Shown: in pieces, positions 26,571 through 36,424 of the stretch
Layout: each line of letters starts with the position of its first letter
Numbering within the stretch: the first letter of the stretch is position 1
NCBI GenBank assembly: GCA_044350705.1
Contig: JBILHA010000002.1
Location: forward strand, 242,295-306,294
DNA from: Candidatus Kapaibacterium sp.
GTDB taxonomy: Bacteria; Patescibacteriota; Patescibacteriia; UBA9934
Length of the DNA: 64,000 nt
Direction: 5' to 3'
Notes under the pieces: model-generated
The model's input: only the letters and a program-made list of their open reading frames with translations
Databases searched by the model: none
Told to the model about the DNA's origin: nothing
Made by a program: the position numbers and the translations under genes

Positions 26571-27395
26571 CTATTCGCAAAGGTTGGCGATAATTTCGTC
26601 TACAGTAGGTGGACGATCTTTTGCGAGCATGCCCCAGCACATCTTTTTCCCAAAAAGAAATCCTCCAAATTTTTTAAAGAGCTTTTCTGCTTGCAGCGTT
26701 TCCTGCACGGATACTCGTCCGTCTCCTTCAACGATAATATTTACCGGAGGGTCTACTTGGTAGGCATCTGCAATGAAAAATGAAAGCGCTTCTCGCAAAT
26801 GGTGCTTACTTTGTGAGCGAATGACGAGGATGCCATCATGCATCTGCGCGGTAGCCCATGCCCGTCGAGCCTCCTCTTCCATCTCTTCATACCGCGGATT
26901 GATTTCGCGTTTTCGCGAAAGATAGTATGCCCGCGCAGCTCGTTTCTTTTCCTCGGGAAGGTTGCTTGCGGCCAGTTCCCATAAAAATCCCTGATCGATC
27001 AAAGCAACTCCTCGGATAATTTCTGGATCAAACGATGCACTCTTGAGGTCGTCATCCGTTATCTCGAAGAGCCGTAAAAATTGCGTCAACGACGCTTCTT
27101 CCTGCATGCGGTCAAGCTCCGGGTAGGTATGGTGATCGATAATATGGATTCTTATCCCCTGCTCCTGCAATTTTTGCTCTTCATGGGGCCCGGGAATTTC
27201 CACAATAGCGAGATCCTTCATTTCCCCCATCTCTTTTACTCGTTCAAAAAGACTGGGCTCACGTGAGAGCGTGGCGCCGTGCATCTGGCCCGATTGAAGA
27301 AGCGGAATCCCTAATGATTGTGCTATACGTACAATGGTTAGGGATTCCGGATCATTCGTCGTGCAAAGGAGAACCCAGCCGGTGATATCACGCAT
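26571..27395 (-). CDS. Hypothetical protein with a DHH-like motif (phosphoesterase-like), uncertain
   Basis: IRIHIIDHHTY motif. The longer upstream extension of the ORF is low-complexity. Confidence 0.35.
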   Translation of the reverse strand: MRDITGWVLLCTTNDPESLTIVRIAQSLGIPLLQSGQMHGATLSREPSLFERVKEMGEMKDLAIVEIPGPHEEQKLQEQGIRIHIIDHHTYPELDRMQEEASLTQFLRLFEITDDDLKSASFDPEIIRGVALIDQGFLWELAASNLPEEKKRAARAYYLSRKREINPRYEEMEEEARRAWATAQMHDGILVIRSQSKHHLREALSFFIADAYQVDPPVNIIVEGDGRVSVQETLQAEKLFKKFGGFLFGKKMCWGMLAKDRPPTVDEIIANLCE

Positions 27396-27511
27396 AAGAG
27401 AACATGAGAGGGGTGAACAGTTTGCCGTTGAGAACGAAAGGAACTGAGCGACTTTGCGTAACGTGTCATTTCGAGGGATCCGACGTCTCCAGATCGGACG
27501 ACGAGAGATCT

Positions 27512-30421
27512 TCAAGTTTTCTCTTCTACCTTAAACCCAATGACCATATCTCGCTCATGTACACGAAGCGGCTGTTCTTGCACTACGTCACTTCCTTTTC
27601 CAAACATCAGGAAAGCTGCTTGCGTATCCAACTTTAATGACTCTCCGTGCTCATCGAGCATCTTTGACACATCTTCATGTTCTGAGCTCACAAAGAGCGT
27701 GATGCGATCTTGAATCGTTAGCCCTGCTTCTTTTCGCATCGCGTTTACTTTGCGCGTGACTTCACGTGCCATTCCTTCGCGGATAAGCTCGGGAGTGAGC
27801 TCTGCATTTAAGGCTACCGCACGCTCCCCCTTGGTGACGGTTACCTTCTTTACGTTTACTTCATCTGCAAAGACCTGTGCGTATTGCTCAGGAAGTTCTC
27901 CCGATGGAAGAGTCACCATTGCTTCGCCTAATGCTTGTTTTACCGGAATACCCACCTGTTCGCGTACTTCAAGCGCACGAGAAACAAGTGCGCGGACGTC
28001 GGACATTTGCTCGAGGACGTTGGGTGTTGGGTGTTGGGTGTTGGGTTTTGGCCACATTTCCAAATGCACGGATGAGCGTTTTTCTCCTAAGAATTTGCCG
28101 TCGAGTTCTTGATATACCATCTCTGCTAAAAATGGCATGAATGGCGCGAGCATCTTAGCGAAGGTATCGAGAACTGTGCGCAAGGTTGCGAGCGCATCCT
28201 TTTGCACCTCTTCCCCTTCTTTTCCCGACATACGGTCGCGTGAACGACGGACATACCAGGTCGAGAGGTCGGTTACAAATGACTGTAAGGTTCGTGCGGC
28301 CCGGTCAAGCTCGTATGACTCCATCGCAGCAGTCTCTTCCTTCAAGGTCTCGTTAAGGCGCGCGAAGATCCATGCATCAAGGACGTGTGCTCCTTTTGCG
28401 CTGCGACCATCGTCATGTTCGCGATACAGCGAATAGAATGCGACAACGTTGCGCAAAATAGTAATGAATTTCTTGGATACTTCATCTACTTCCTTTTCCG
28501 CAAAACGAAGATTTTCTGCGGCGACTACCGGAGTAGACATGAGGTAGTAGCGCACCGCATCTGCGCCATACTTTTCCATCACCTCCATGGGATCAGGATA
28601 GTTTTTGAGCTTCTTGCTCATTTTCTTTCCATCTTCCGCAAGCACGATGCCGTTTACGATCACGTTCTTGAATGCAGGTTTTTCAAACAAAGCATCTGCA
28701 AGAACATGGAGGGTATAGAACCACCCCCGCGTTTGATCTTGCCCTTCTGCGATAAAGTCTGCAGGGAATTTTTGCGTAAAGCTTTGCGCGTTCTCGAACG
28801 GATAGTGAAGCTGCGCGTACGGCATGGAACCGCTTTCAAACCAGCAGTCGAGCACTTCAGGAATGCGTCGGAAGGTTTTTCCGTTTTTTACAATTTCCAA
28901 AGAATCCACCACATGTTTGTGCAGGTTCTTTACATCGTGCCCCACGTATTGCTCTAACTCAGCCACACTTCCAAGCACCAACACTTCCCCATCTTCTGCT
29001 TTCCATACCGGAAGCGGGGTACCCCAGTAGCGTGAGCGTGAGATTGCCCAATCACGTGCGCCTTCGAGCCACTTTCCAAAGCGGCCTTCTTTCATGTTTT
29101 CAGGTACCCAACGAATCTCCTGATTGTTCTTGAGGAGTCGGTCGGTCATTGAGGATACGCGCACAAACCACGACGTGGTTGCGTAGTTGAGGAGTGGCGT
29201 ATCACAACGCCAGCAGTGGGGGTAACTGTGAGAAAGTTTTTCCTTGGAAAAAAGCTTTCCATGATGCGCAAGCCATTTGATAATTTGAATATCAACCGCG
29301 CTGTACTCCCCCTTTGTTTTCATGGGAACACCTGCAACGGCATAACCTTCTTCGCTCATGGGCTTTGCCACTTCATCGACAAATTCGCCGTTTGTTTTTA
29401 CATGCATGAGCGGCTTCACGTTCTCCGCTTCTCCAAGCGCCATGTCATCAGCGCCGTAGCCAGGAGCAATGTGCACGATTCCGGTTCCGTCGGTATCGGA
29501 AACGAAATCTGCAGAAACCACACGGAAAGCATTTGCATGCGTGCGGAAATACGGAAAGAGTGGATCGTACGTTGATTGCGCCAGCGTCGAACCTGAGAAT
29601 TTCTCACCTATCGTGTATTCCTTGCCTTTGAAGACTCGTTCAATACAGGAAGTTGCGAGGATATATTTCTTGTCTTCACTTGTTACTTCTGCGTATTCCA
29701 TGTCCGCACCTACCGCGAGAAGTACGTTTCCGGGGAGGGTCCACGGCGTCGTCGTCCAGGCAAGAATGTGCGCACCCTTGCGAGGACCGCTCGTGAGTTC
29801 GAATGCTGCGGTTGCGGAGATGTCGGCCACATCCAAATAGCCTTGCGCAACTTCAAAGTTTGAAAGCGTGGTTTCGCAACGAGGGCAGAGGTGCATGGAC
29901 TTGTAGCCTTCGTAGATGTAGCCCTTTTTCCAAAGCGTCTGGAATACCCACCAGATTGACTCCATGAAGGGAAGGTCCATGGTGCGATAGGCATTTTCCA
30001 TGTCGACCCAGCGACCAAGGCGGCGAATGACCTTCTTCCATTCTGCAGCGTACTCCATCACTTTTCCTTCACAGCGATCGTTAAATGCACCGACGCCATA
30101 GGCTTCGATGTCCTTTCGACTCTTGAGATCAAATTCTTTCTCAACGATGTTTTCGATAGGCAGTCCATGGCAATCCCATCCCCACACGCGATCCACCCGA
30201 TAGCCACGCATCGTCCAAAAACGAGGGATGACGTCCTTCATCACACTTGCCACGATATGACCGTAATGCGGCAGTCCGGTTGCAAATGGCGGACCATCGT
30301 AAAAGGTATACGGCTTATTTTCCGGACGTTCTCGTACGGAGCGGCCAAAAATATCGTGTTTCTCCCAGTATTCCAGGACCTCTTTTTCTCGTTCGCTTTG
30401 CGTTTTATGCATATCAGGCAT
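27512..30421 (-). CDS. ileS: Isoleucyl-tRNA synthetase
   Basis: 969 aa. PPFATGLPHYGH (HIGH), GWDCHGLP, KMSKKL. Contains an in-frame low-complexity insertion PKPNTQHPTPN encoded by a (TGTTGGG)x4 tandem repeat at 28019-28046. Confidence 0.9.
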   Translation of the reverse strand: MPDMHKTQSEREKEVLEYWEKHDIFGRSVRERPENKPYTFYDGPPFATGLPHYGHIVASVMKDVIPRFWTMRGYRVDRVWGWDCHGLPIENIVEKEFDLKSRKDIEAYGVGAFNDRCEGKVMEYAAEWKKVIRRLGRWVDMENAYRTMDLPFMESIWWVFQTLWKKGYIYEGYKSMHLCPRCETTLSNFEVAQGYLDVADISATAAFELTSGPRKGAHILAWTTTPWTLPGNVLLAVGADMEYAEVTSEDKKYILATSCIERVFKGKEYTIGEKFSGSTLAQSTYDPLFPYFRTHANAFRVVSADFVSDTDGTGIVHIAPGYGADDMALGEAENVKPLMHVKTNGEFVDEVAKPMSEEGYAVAGVPMKTKGEYSAVDIQIIKWLAHHGKLFSKEKLSHSYPHCWRCDTPLLNYATTSWFVRVSSMTDRLLKNNQEIRWVPENMKEGRFGKWLEGARDWAISRSRYWGTPLPVWKAEDGEVLVLGSVAELEQYVGHDVKNLHKHVVDSLEIVKNGKTFRRIPEVLDCWFESGSMPYAQLHYPFENAQSFTQKFPADFIAEGQDQTRGWFYTLHVLADALFEKPAFKNVIVNGIVLAEDGKKMSKKLKNYPDPMEVMEKYGADAVRYYLMSTPVVAAENLRFAEKEVDEVSKKFITILRNVVAFYSLYREHDDGRSAKGAHVLDAWIFARLNETLKEETAAMESYELDRAARTLQSFVTDLSTWYVRRSRDRMSGKEGEEVQKDALATLRTVLDTFAKMLAPFMPFLAEMVYQELDGKFLGEKRSSVHLEMWPKPNTQHPTPNVLEQMSDVRALVSRALEVREQVGIPVKQALGEAMVTLPSGELPEQYAQVFADEVNVKKVTVTKGERAVALNAELTPELIREGMAREVTRKVNAMRKEAGLTIQDRITLFVSSEHEDVSKMLDEHGESLKLDTQAAFLMFGKGSDVVQEQPLRVHERDMVIGFKVEEKT

Positions 30422-30520
30422 ATGGGAGAAGATTAGCAGAGGGTGGAGTGCGTGGGAAGGGTGCAGAAATATCTCTCAGCCCATTGAAGTCGGCGTTCAC
30501 CTTCTGTTGCGTTATACTTT

Positions 30521-30979
30521 TTGTATATGTCGACGGTTTTTTTGGGAGCGGACCATGCGGGATTTCTGTTAAAGAATACTTTGAAAGATGCCCTGCATTT
30601 GGCGGGATACACCATTGAGGATTTGGGCGCGTATGAACTCGTACCTGATGATGACTATCCGGAGTATGCGGCGCGCGTGGCCCATGCGGTCATGACGCAT
30701 CCAAGGAGTAAGGGCGTGCTCTTGTGTGGAAGCGCTGAAGGCATGTGTATTGCAGCGAACAAGTTTGATGATATTCGCGCGGGTATTGGGTTTTCTAAAG
30801 AGGCTGCGCGAATGATGCGTCAGGATGATGACGCGAATATTATTTGTGTGCCAACACGTATTGAGCTCGTTGACGATCGTGTAGAAATTGTGAAAATGTT
30901 TCTTGAGACGCCGTTTTCAGGTGCAGAACGTCATGTGAGGAGAGTTGGGAAGATCGATAAGATTGAGGAGGAGAATTGA
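30521..30979 (+). CDS. rpiB: Ribose-5-phosphate isomerase B (RpiB/LacAB family)
   Basis: 152 aa; VFLGADHAGF...LLCGSAEGMCIAANKF. Confidence 0.85.
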   Translation: MYMSTVFLGADHAGFLLKNTLKDALHLAGYTIEDLGAYELVPDDDYPEYAARVAHAVMTHPRSKGVLLCGSAEGMCIAANKFDDIRAGIGFSKEAARMMRQDDDANIICVPTRIELVDDRVEIVKMFLETPFSGAERHVRRVGKIDKIEEEN

Positions 30980-31149
30980 GTATAGATGTGTCTCATGACG
31001 AGAAATCTTCGAAAATCTCGCCAAGGAGATCCCTCCCTTCCTATCGTCAGGGCAATACCTACCGTCGGGATGACACAACACCACCCCCTTCATCTCCTTT
31101 CTCACTTCCAACTTCATACTTCTTAGTCTCACCCCCTTCCACGTCTCCT

Positions 31150-31800
31150 ATGATCATCACTCCCGCGATTCTCGCGAAAGACGAGCAGGACTTTCGGCAT
31201 TACATGCAATACGCCCATCAGCTCCCCTCAGGACGCTGGCATATTGATATTTTGGATGGAACCATGCACGATCGTACCTGCTGGCACGATGAGGCGATCA
31301 TTGGTGATATGCCGGATTTACCTGAACTTGAAATCCATCTCATGGTGCAAAATCCTTCGCTTCATATTCTTTCCTGGTATCGCGCTGTTCCGTTCTTGCG
31401 GAGAGTTCTCGTCAATGCAGATACACATCGGCTGGATAAGGTCATTGCGCAGGTGCAGGCACTCAAACTTGACCTTACGCTTACGCTCAATCCTGATGCT
31501 ATTCCGGATATCTGCACACCTTTCATTGGCGCTACGGACGAAATTCTCATTATGGGCGTTCATCCCGGATCTTCGGGGCAGAAATTTCTTGGCGAAGAGA
31601 TTTTCGCAAAGATCCAGCGCACTCGAGCACTCTTTCCTGTCGTGGACATCGCCCTTGATGGAGGGGTGCATGAAAAGAATCTGAGCGCGCTCGCAAAACA
31701 CGGCGTTACTCGAGCTATTGCTTCATCCGCACTTTGGAAGGCCGCTTCCCCTATTGATGCACACCTTGCCTTGGAAGAAGCTGCCCGAATCGTGCTATAA
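31150..31800 (+). CDS. rpe: Ribulose-phosphate 3-epimerase
   Basis: IDILDG, HLMV, GVHPGSSGQKF, DGGV motifs. The ATG at 31150 is preferred; the 58-aa Pro/Ser-rich extension from 30976 is probably not translated. Confidence 0.8.
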   Translation: MIITPAILAKDEQDFRHYMQYAHQLPSGRWHIDILDGTMHDRTCWHDEAIIGDMPDLPELEIHLMVQNPSLHILSWYRAVPFLRRVLVNADTHRLDKVIAQVQALKLDLTLTLNPDAIPDICTPFIGATDEILIMGVHPGSSGQKFLGEEIFAKIQRTRALFPVVDIALDGGVHEKNLSALAKHGVTRAIASSALWKAASPIDAHLALEEAARIVL

Positions 31801-31806
31801 TATCTG

Positions 31807-32631
31807 TTGAACACTTCTTTTATGATCAAATCTTTCTTTGGCTCCGCTGTCATGGCAGCATTTCTCGTCGGAAATTTCGGCGCGTTTGTTTCTCCTGCGC
31901 AGGCGGTTACTATTTCATCCGGCGATCTTATCCGCGGTACCACGTTCTCTGCCGTGTATTACATGGGTATTGACGGTATGCGCTACGTTTTTCCTAATGA
32001 AAAAACGTATAAGACTTGGTACATGGACGCAAGCGGCAACTCAGACTTCTCTGATGTCGTCATGATTTCCGATGCTGAGCTTGCTGATATCCAGCTTGGC
32101 GGAAACGTTACCTATAAGCCGGGTGTTCGCATGGTAAAGATCAACTCTGATGCAAAGGTATATTTTGTAACCGACGGTGGCGTTCTTCGCCCTGTCGCTA
32201 GTGAAGCAGCCGCAAAGGCAATGTACGGAACCGATTGGAATAAGAAAATTGATGATGTTCCGGATGCTTTCTTTGGTAGCTATACCTTGAGTACCAACGA
32301 TGTCAGCGAAAGTGAAACCAGCCTCATCGACTCTGACTTCGCAGATACCATCAACGAAGACAAATCACTCCTTACCCCTGAAGATATCAGCATTACTGAT
32401 AGCGGATACAATCCTCTGGATGTCACCATCTGTATCGGTCAAAATGTTCGCTTCACGAACAGTGGCACCACGAAGCACACTGCAACTTCCGATGATCTCA
32501 CCTGGGGATCGGGTACTCTCCAAGTAGGTGATACCTTTATCCGCAAGTTTAACGAGGAGGGAACCATTACCTTCTACGATGGCTACGACAGCACCAACAC
32601 GGGAGCAATCTTCGTTGAAGACTGCGAGTAG
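31807..32631 (+). CDS. Secreted hypothetical protein with signal peptide; C-terminal cupredoxin-like beta domain (no obvious Cu ligands)
   Basis: Signal peptide MIKSFFGSAVMAAFLVGNFGAFVSPAQA; 274 aa. Confidence 0.5.
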   Translation: MNTSFMIKSFFGSAVMAAFLVGNFGAFVSPAQAVTISSGDLIRGTTFSAVYYMGIDGMRYVFPNEKTYKTWYMDASGNSDFSDVVMISDAELADIQLGGNVTYKPGVRMVKINSDAKVYFVTDGGVLRPVASEAAAKAMYGTDWNKKIDDVPDAFFGSYTLSTNDVSESETSLIDSDFADTINEDKSLLTPEDISITDSGYNPLDVTICIGQNVRFTNSGTTKHTATSDDLTWGSGTLQVGDTFIRKFNEEGTITFYDGYDSTNTGAIFVEDCE

Positions 32632-32704
32632 TCACACGCTCCTTCCTGTTCTCAAAAGACGGCCCACCGGGCCGTCTTTATGTTTTGCTATACTTTCTCT
32701 TACT

Positions 32705-33580
32705 ATGTCTCGCCAATCCATTGCCCTGCTCTCCGAACGCAAGCTTCGAGATTTAGAGTTGCGCGCAATGGAACTTCGCAAGGATACGCTGGCCATGCTC
32801 ACCAAGGCGGGGAGCGGTCATAGCGCAGGTCCTCTTGGTATGGCGGATATTTTTTCTGCATTGTATTTTCACATCCTTTCCCATCAGCCAAAAAAGCCTC
32901 ACTGGGAAGAGCGCGATCGTCTCTTCCTTTCCAATGGCCACATCGTTCCTATTCGATACACTGCAATGGCCCATGCAGGCTATTTTTCAAAAGATGAACT
33001 CGGTACTCTCCGACAGTTTGGATCCCGCCTTCAGGGACATCCTGAATATCGCTTTCTTCCTGGCATTGAACACACTTCTGGTCCCCTGGGTGATGGCTCA
33101 TCTCAGGCTGCAGGCACCGCGTACGCAGGAAAAATGGATAAAGCATCTTGGCGAGTGTATTGCGTCATGAGTGATGGTGAGCTTGCTGCAGGGATTACCT
33201 GGGAGGCTGCACTTTTTGCAGGAAAATATCGCCTTGATAATCTCACGTGGATTATTGACCGTAATAATATTCAGATCGATGGAACAACCGAGGAGATCAT
33301 GCCGCTTGATCCGCTTCATGAAAAATTCTCTTCCTTCAATTGGAATGTTTTGGAAATCGACGGCCACAACATCCGTGAATTTATTACCGCATGCGACCAC
33401 GCTCAAGCTACCCACGATCAGCCTACGGTCATCATTGCACACACGATCCCCGGAAAAGGCGTTGATTTTATGGAAAATGATTATCGGTGGCACGGCATTC
33501 CACCCAAGCCCGAAGAATTAAAAAAAGCACTTCGAGAAATCCGCACCTTAGAAGGAAAAATTAAATCTGAGGCCGAATAG
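32705..33580 (+). CDS. Transketolase, N-terminal (TPP-binding) subunit of a split transketolase
   Basis: GSGHSAGPLGMADIF, SNGH, GPLGDG motifs. Start at the ATG 32705. Confidence 0.85.
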   Translation: MSRQSIALLSERKLRDLELRAMELRKDTLAMLTKAGSGHSAGPLGMADIFSALYFHILSHQPKKPHWEERDRLFLSNGHIVPIRYTAMAHAGYFSKDELGTLRQFGSRLQGHPEYRFLPGIEHTSGPLGDGSSQAAGTAYAGKMDKASWRVYCVMSDGELAAGITWEAALFAGKYRLDNLTWIIDRNNIQIDGTTEEIMPLDPLHEKFSSFNWNVLEIDGHNIREFITACDHAQATHDQPTVIIAHTIPGKGVDFMENDYRWHGIPPKPEELKKALREIRTLEGKIKSEAE

Positions 33581-33612
33581 CAATGCACTAGCTTTCATCC
33601 TCTCTTTCTCCT

Positions 33613-34605
33613 ATGGCTCTCTCAAAACAATATCCTACCCTTTCCCCTCATCTCTTTAGCGAGAAAATCCCATCCATTCCGACGCGAAATGGTTTTGGGG
33701 AAGGCTTGGTGATTGCCGGGGAACACGATGAGCGCATTGTCGTATTATGCGCAGATCTTACCGAATCTACGCGCGTTGATGCTTTTAAAAAGAGGTTTCC
33801 CGAACGCTTTGTTCAATTTGGCGTGTCAGAGCAATCTCTCGCGGCTATTGCTGCAGGATTTGCGCTTGCCGGAAAAATTCCGGTCATTGCAAGTTACGCC
33901 GCGTTTTCTCCTGGTCGGAACTGGGAGCAAATCCGTACCACCGCATGCCTGCAGGAGATGCCCGTAAAAATTGCAGGAGCGCATGCCGGGGTATCCGTGG
34001 GACCAGACGGAGGAACGCATCAAATGACTGAAGATATTGCCATCATGCGGGTACTGCCGAATATGACGGTTCTTGCACCTTGTGATGCCCTTGAAACACG
34101 TAAGGCAACAATCGCTGCACTTGCGCACCCTGGACCCGTGTATATTCGCTTTACCCGTGAAGCAAGCCCGGTTTTTACGAGCGAAAAGACTCCGTTTACC
34201 ATCGGAAAAGCGGAGATCTTCCGCCATGGTGACGACATTGCTCTTGTGGCGTGCGGACCTCTGGTCTACGAGGCGCTTCTTGCAGCTAAAATGCTCGCAG
34301 AGAAAGGCATTGAGGCTCGTGTCATCAATGCTGCGAGCATTAAGCCACTCGATGAGCACGCGCTTCTTGATGCCGCCCACACCTGTGGCGCAATGGTAAC
34401 CGTTGAGGAAGCGCAGGCTGCAGGAGGCCTGGGTGGAGCGGTCGCCGAACTTCTCTGCAGGCACCTCCCTATTCCCGTTGAGCGCGTAGGACTTGAGGAC
34501 GTCTTTGGACAATCGGGCAAACCCACAGAACTTCTTGAACATTATCGCCTTACCGCTCCCCACATCGTCAAAGCAGCACTTCGTGCACTTAAAATGAAGA
34601 AATAA
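33613..34605 (+). CDS. Transketolase, C-terminal (pyrimidine-binding / transketolase C) subunit
   Basis: 330 aa with Transket_pyr-like FGVSEQS and a C-terminal domain. Confidence 0.85.
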   Translation: MALSKQYPTLSPHLFSEKIPSIPTRNGFGEGLVIAGEHDERIVVLCADLTESTRVDAFKKRFPERFVQFGVSEQSLAAIAAGFALAGKIPVIASYAAFSPGRNWEQIRTTACLQEMPVKIAGAHAGVSVGPDGGTHQMTEDIAIMRVLPNMTVLAPCDALETRKATIAALAHPGPVYIRFTREASPVFTSEKTPFTIGKAEIFRHGDDIALVACGPLVYEALLAAKMLAEKGIEARVINAASIKPLDEHALLDAAHTCGAMVTVEEAQAAGGLGGAVAELLCRHLPIPVERVGLEDVFGQSGKPTELLEHYRLTAPHIVKAALRALKMKK

Positions 34606-34612
34606 TCTTTCT

Positions 34613-35143
34613 ATGCAGCGACCTCTCTTTTTTCTTTCTTTATTCGCTGCAATCGGCATTCTTTTCTGGCTTCTCTTTGGCTTCTTTGGCGTACAAGCTC
34701 TTTTTATAAACACCGCTGTACAGGAAGAACTTCCCGAGATTCCTTCTTCCGGAAGCGCCCTTTCTGACACTTCTTCTCCAACCCTTCTTGCCTCAGGAGG
34801 CTTCGTGCAAGGCGATAGCACATACACTATTTCGGGAAGCGCCTTCCTCACTCAAGAAAGCGAAACGCGCACACTTTCTTTCGAGAATTTTTCAGTGACC
34901 AATGGTCCTGATCTTTTCGTGTATCTTGTTGACACTTCTTCTGCGGATAATACGTCGGTTAAAGATGCGGTTCGTGAAGGAAATTTTATTAATTTAGGCC
35001 AACTCAAGGGAAATTTGGGGAATCAAAACTATCTTCTCCCTGAAGGTGAGCTTCCAGCTCGCATGGTCATCAGTATTTGGTGCAAACGATTTTCTCGTAA
35101 CTTTGGCGCCGCAGCGCTTGTCTCCCCCATTCAGACCGAGTAA
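34613..35143 (+). CDS. DM13-domain secreted protein
   Basis: N-terminal TM/signal; FENFSVTNGPDLFVYL ... ISIWC pattern characteristic of DM13. Confidence 0.55.
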   Translation: MQRPLFFLSLFAAIGILFWLLFGFFGVQALFINTAVQEELPEIPSSGSALSDTSSPTLLASGGFVQGDSTYTISGSAFLTQESETRTLSFENFSVTNGPDLFVYLVDTSSADNTSVKDAVREGNFINLGQLKGNLGNQNYLLPEGELPARMVISIWCKRFSRNFGAAALVSPIQTE

Positions 35144-35156
35144 CATATGCTTTTCT

Positions 35157-35858
35157 ATGTCCGTACGCCTCAATAAACACCTCGTAGATATTGGCGCTTG
35201 TTCGCGCCGCGAAGCTGACCGTCTCATGGCAGAAGGTCGTATTTTTGTAAATGGTGCTCCTGCAACCGTAGGCATCAAAGTTGAGGGAAGTGAGCGCATT
35301 GAAATTGATGGAAAAGAGGTAAAGCCTATCACCAAAAAAGTGTATATCGCGTATCACAAACCTGTGGGCATTATTTGCACCAGCGATCCGAATGCCACGG
35401 ATAATATCATTGATGCCATTGGATACCCTGAGCGCCTTTTTCACATTGGCCGTCTTGACGTCGCCTCATCTGGGCTCATTCTTCTTACTAATGACGGCGA
35501 TATCGTAAATCGCATTCTTCGCGCAGAGACGAAACACGAAAAAGAATATCGGGTCATGGTTGATAAACGCCTTTCTCATGATGCACTCCAACGCATGCGT
35601 TCAGGCATGTACATTGAAGGCGATGATCGTAAAACGCTTCCCGCAGATGTAGAGCAGGTGGATGATCGTACGTTCTTTATCACGCTTATCGAAGGCCGTA
35701 ATCGCCAAATCCGTCGCATGTGTGAAGCGGAAGGCTATAACGTTCTCCAGCTCCGCCGTGAACGAATCATGCATATTTATTTGCATGATATTCCTGTTGG
35801 TCACTGGAGACACCTGACCCCCGAAGAAGAGCGAGAGCTTCTTCATGCGACACGATAA
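35157..35858 (+). CDS. RsuA/RluB-family rRNA pseudouridine synthase with S4 domain
   Basis: S4 N-terminus (RLNKHLVDIGACSRREADRLMAEGRIFVNG) and catalytic GRLDVASSGLILLTNDGD. Confidence 0.75.
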   Translation: MSVRLNKHLVDIGACSRREADRLMAEGRIFVNGAPATVGIKVEGSERIEIDGKEVKPITKKVYIAYHKPVGIICTSDPNATDNIIDAIGYPERLFHIGRLDVASSGLILLTNDGDIVNRILRAETKHEKEYRVMVDKRLSHDALQRMRSGMYIEGDDRKTLPADVEQVDDRTFFITLIEGRNRQIRRMCEAEGYNVLQLRRERIMHIYLHDIPVGHWRHLTPEEERELLHATR

Positions 35859-36396
35859 TTTTCTTATGGCTTTTTTGTACCTGCTTCTTTTTCTCTTTCT
35901 TTTTACCGCAGCCTACGCAGGATACAAAGGAGCGCCTTGGGTACCTACGCGTTCAGCAGATATTTCTCAGGCACTCGCTTTCGTTGAAGGAAGATCCTTC
36001 CGTACCGCAATTGATCTTGGGTGTGGAACAGGCTCCCTTCTTTTTGCATTGGCACAAAGGAGATCAGATCTTATTCTGCATGGCTACGAAGTCTCACTTG
36101 CACCTCTGCTCTTTGCCTGGATACGAAAATATTTCTCACCAAAGCGCTACAAAAATATTCATTTACATTGGAAAAATCTTTACTCGGTTGACGTTTCTTC
36201 TGCTGATCTCATTTTTGTATTCATGATGCCTGAACCGCATACGCGTATTGCAAAGACGATTCTTCACCGAGCTAAAAAGGATGCGCTCATTCTTTTTGAA
36301 GCCTGGGCTCCCACCGGCTTCCCTCCCGACCGAACTCTTCAAAACCCCGGGTGCCTTCCCCTTCATATTTACTCTGGTTCTCAATTCCGTACGTAA
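35845..36396 (+). CDS. Class I SAM-dependent methyltransferase with N-terminal TM segment
   Basis: AIDLGCGTGSL motif I; 183 aa. Confidence 0.5.
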   Translation: MRHDNFLMAFLYLLLFLFLFTAAYAGYKGAPWVPTRSADISQALAFVEGRSFRTAIDLGCGTGSLLFALAQRRSDLILHGYEVSLAPLLFAWIRKYFSPKRYKNIHLHWKNLYSVDVSSADLIFVFMMPEPHTRIAKTILHRAKKDALILFEAWAPTGFPPDRTLQNPGCLPLHIYSGSQFRT

Positions 36397-36424
36397 GCCG
36401 CACTTCCCCTGTTATACTAGGATC

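Noticed and set aside
28019-28046. Tandem repeat considered as a CRISPR or phase-variation locus
   Set aside because: There are only four 7-nt units with no spacers, inside an essential gene. It was kept as a minor curiosity, not a CRISPR. No CRISPR array, cas gene, transposase or integrase was seen anywhere in the window.
30422-30520. Possible T-box or riboswitch leader upstream of ileS (and of trpS at 10100-10144)
   Set aside because: The intergenic space is only about 100 nt for ileS and zero for trpS. No specifier or T-box motif (AGGGUGGNACCGCG) was seen.
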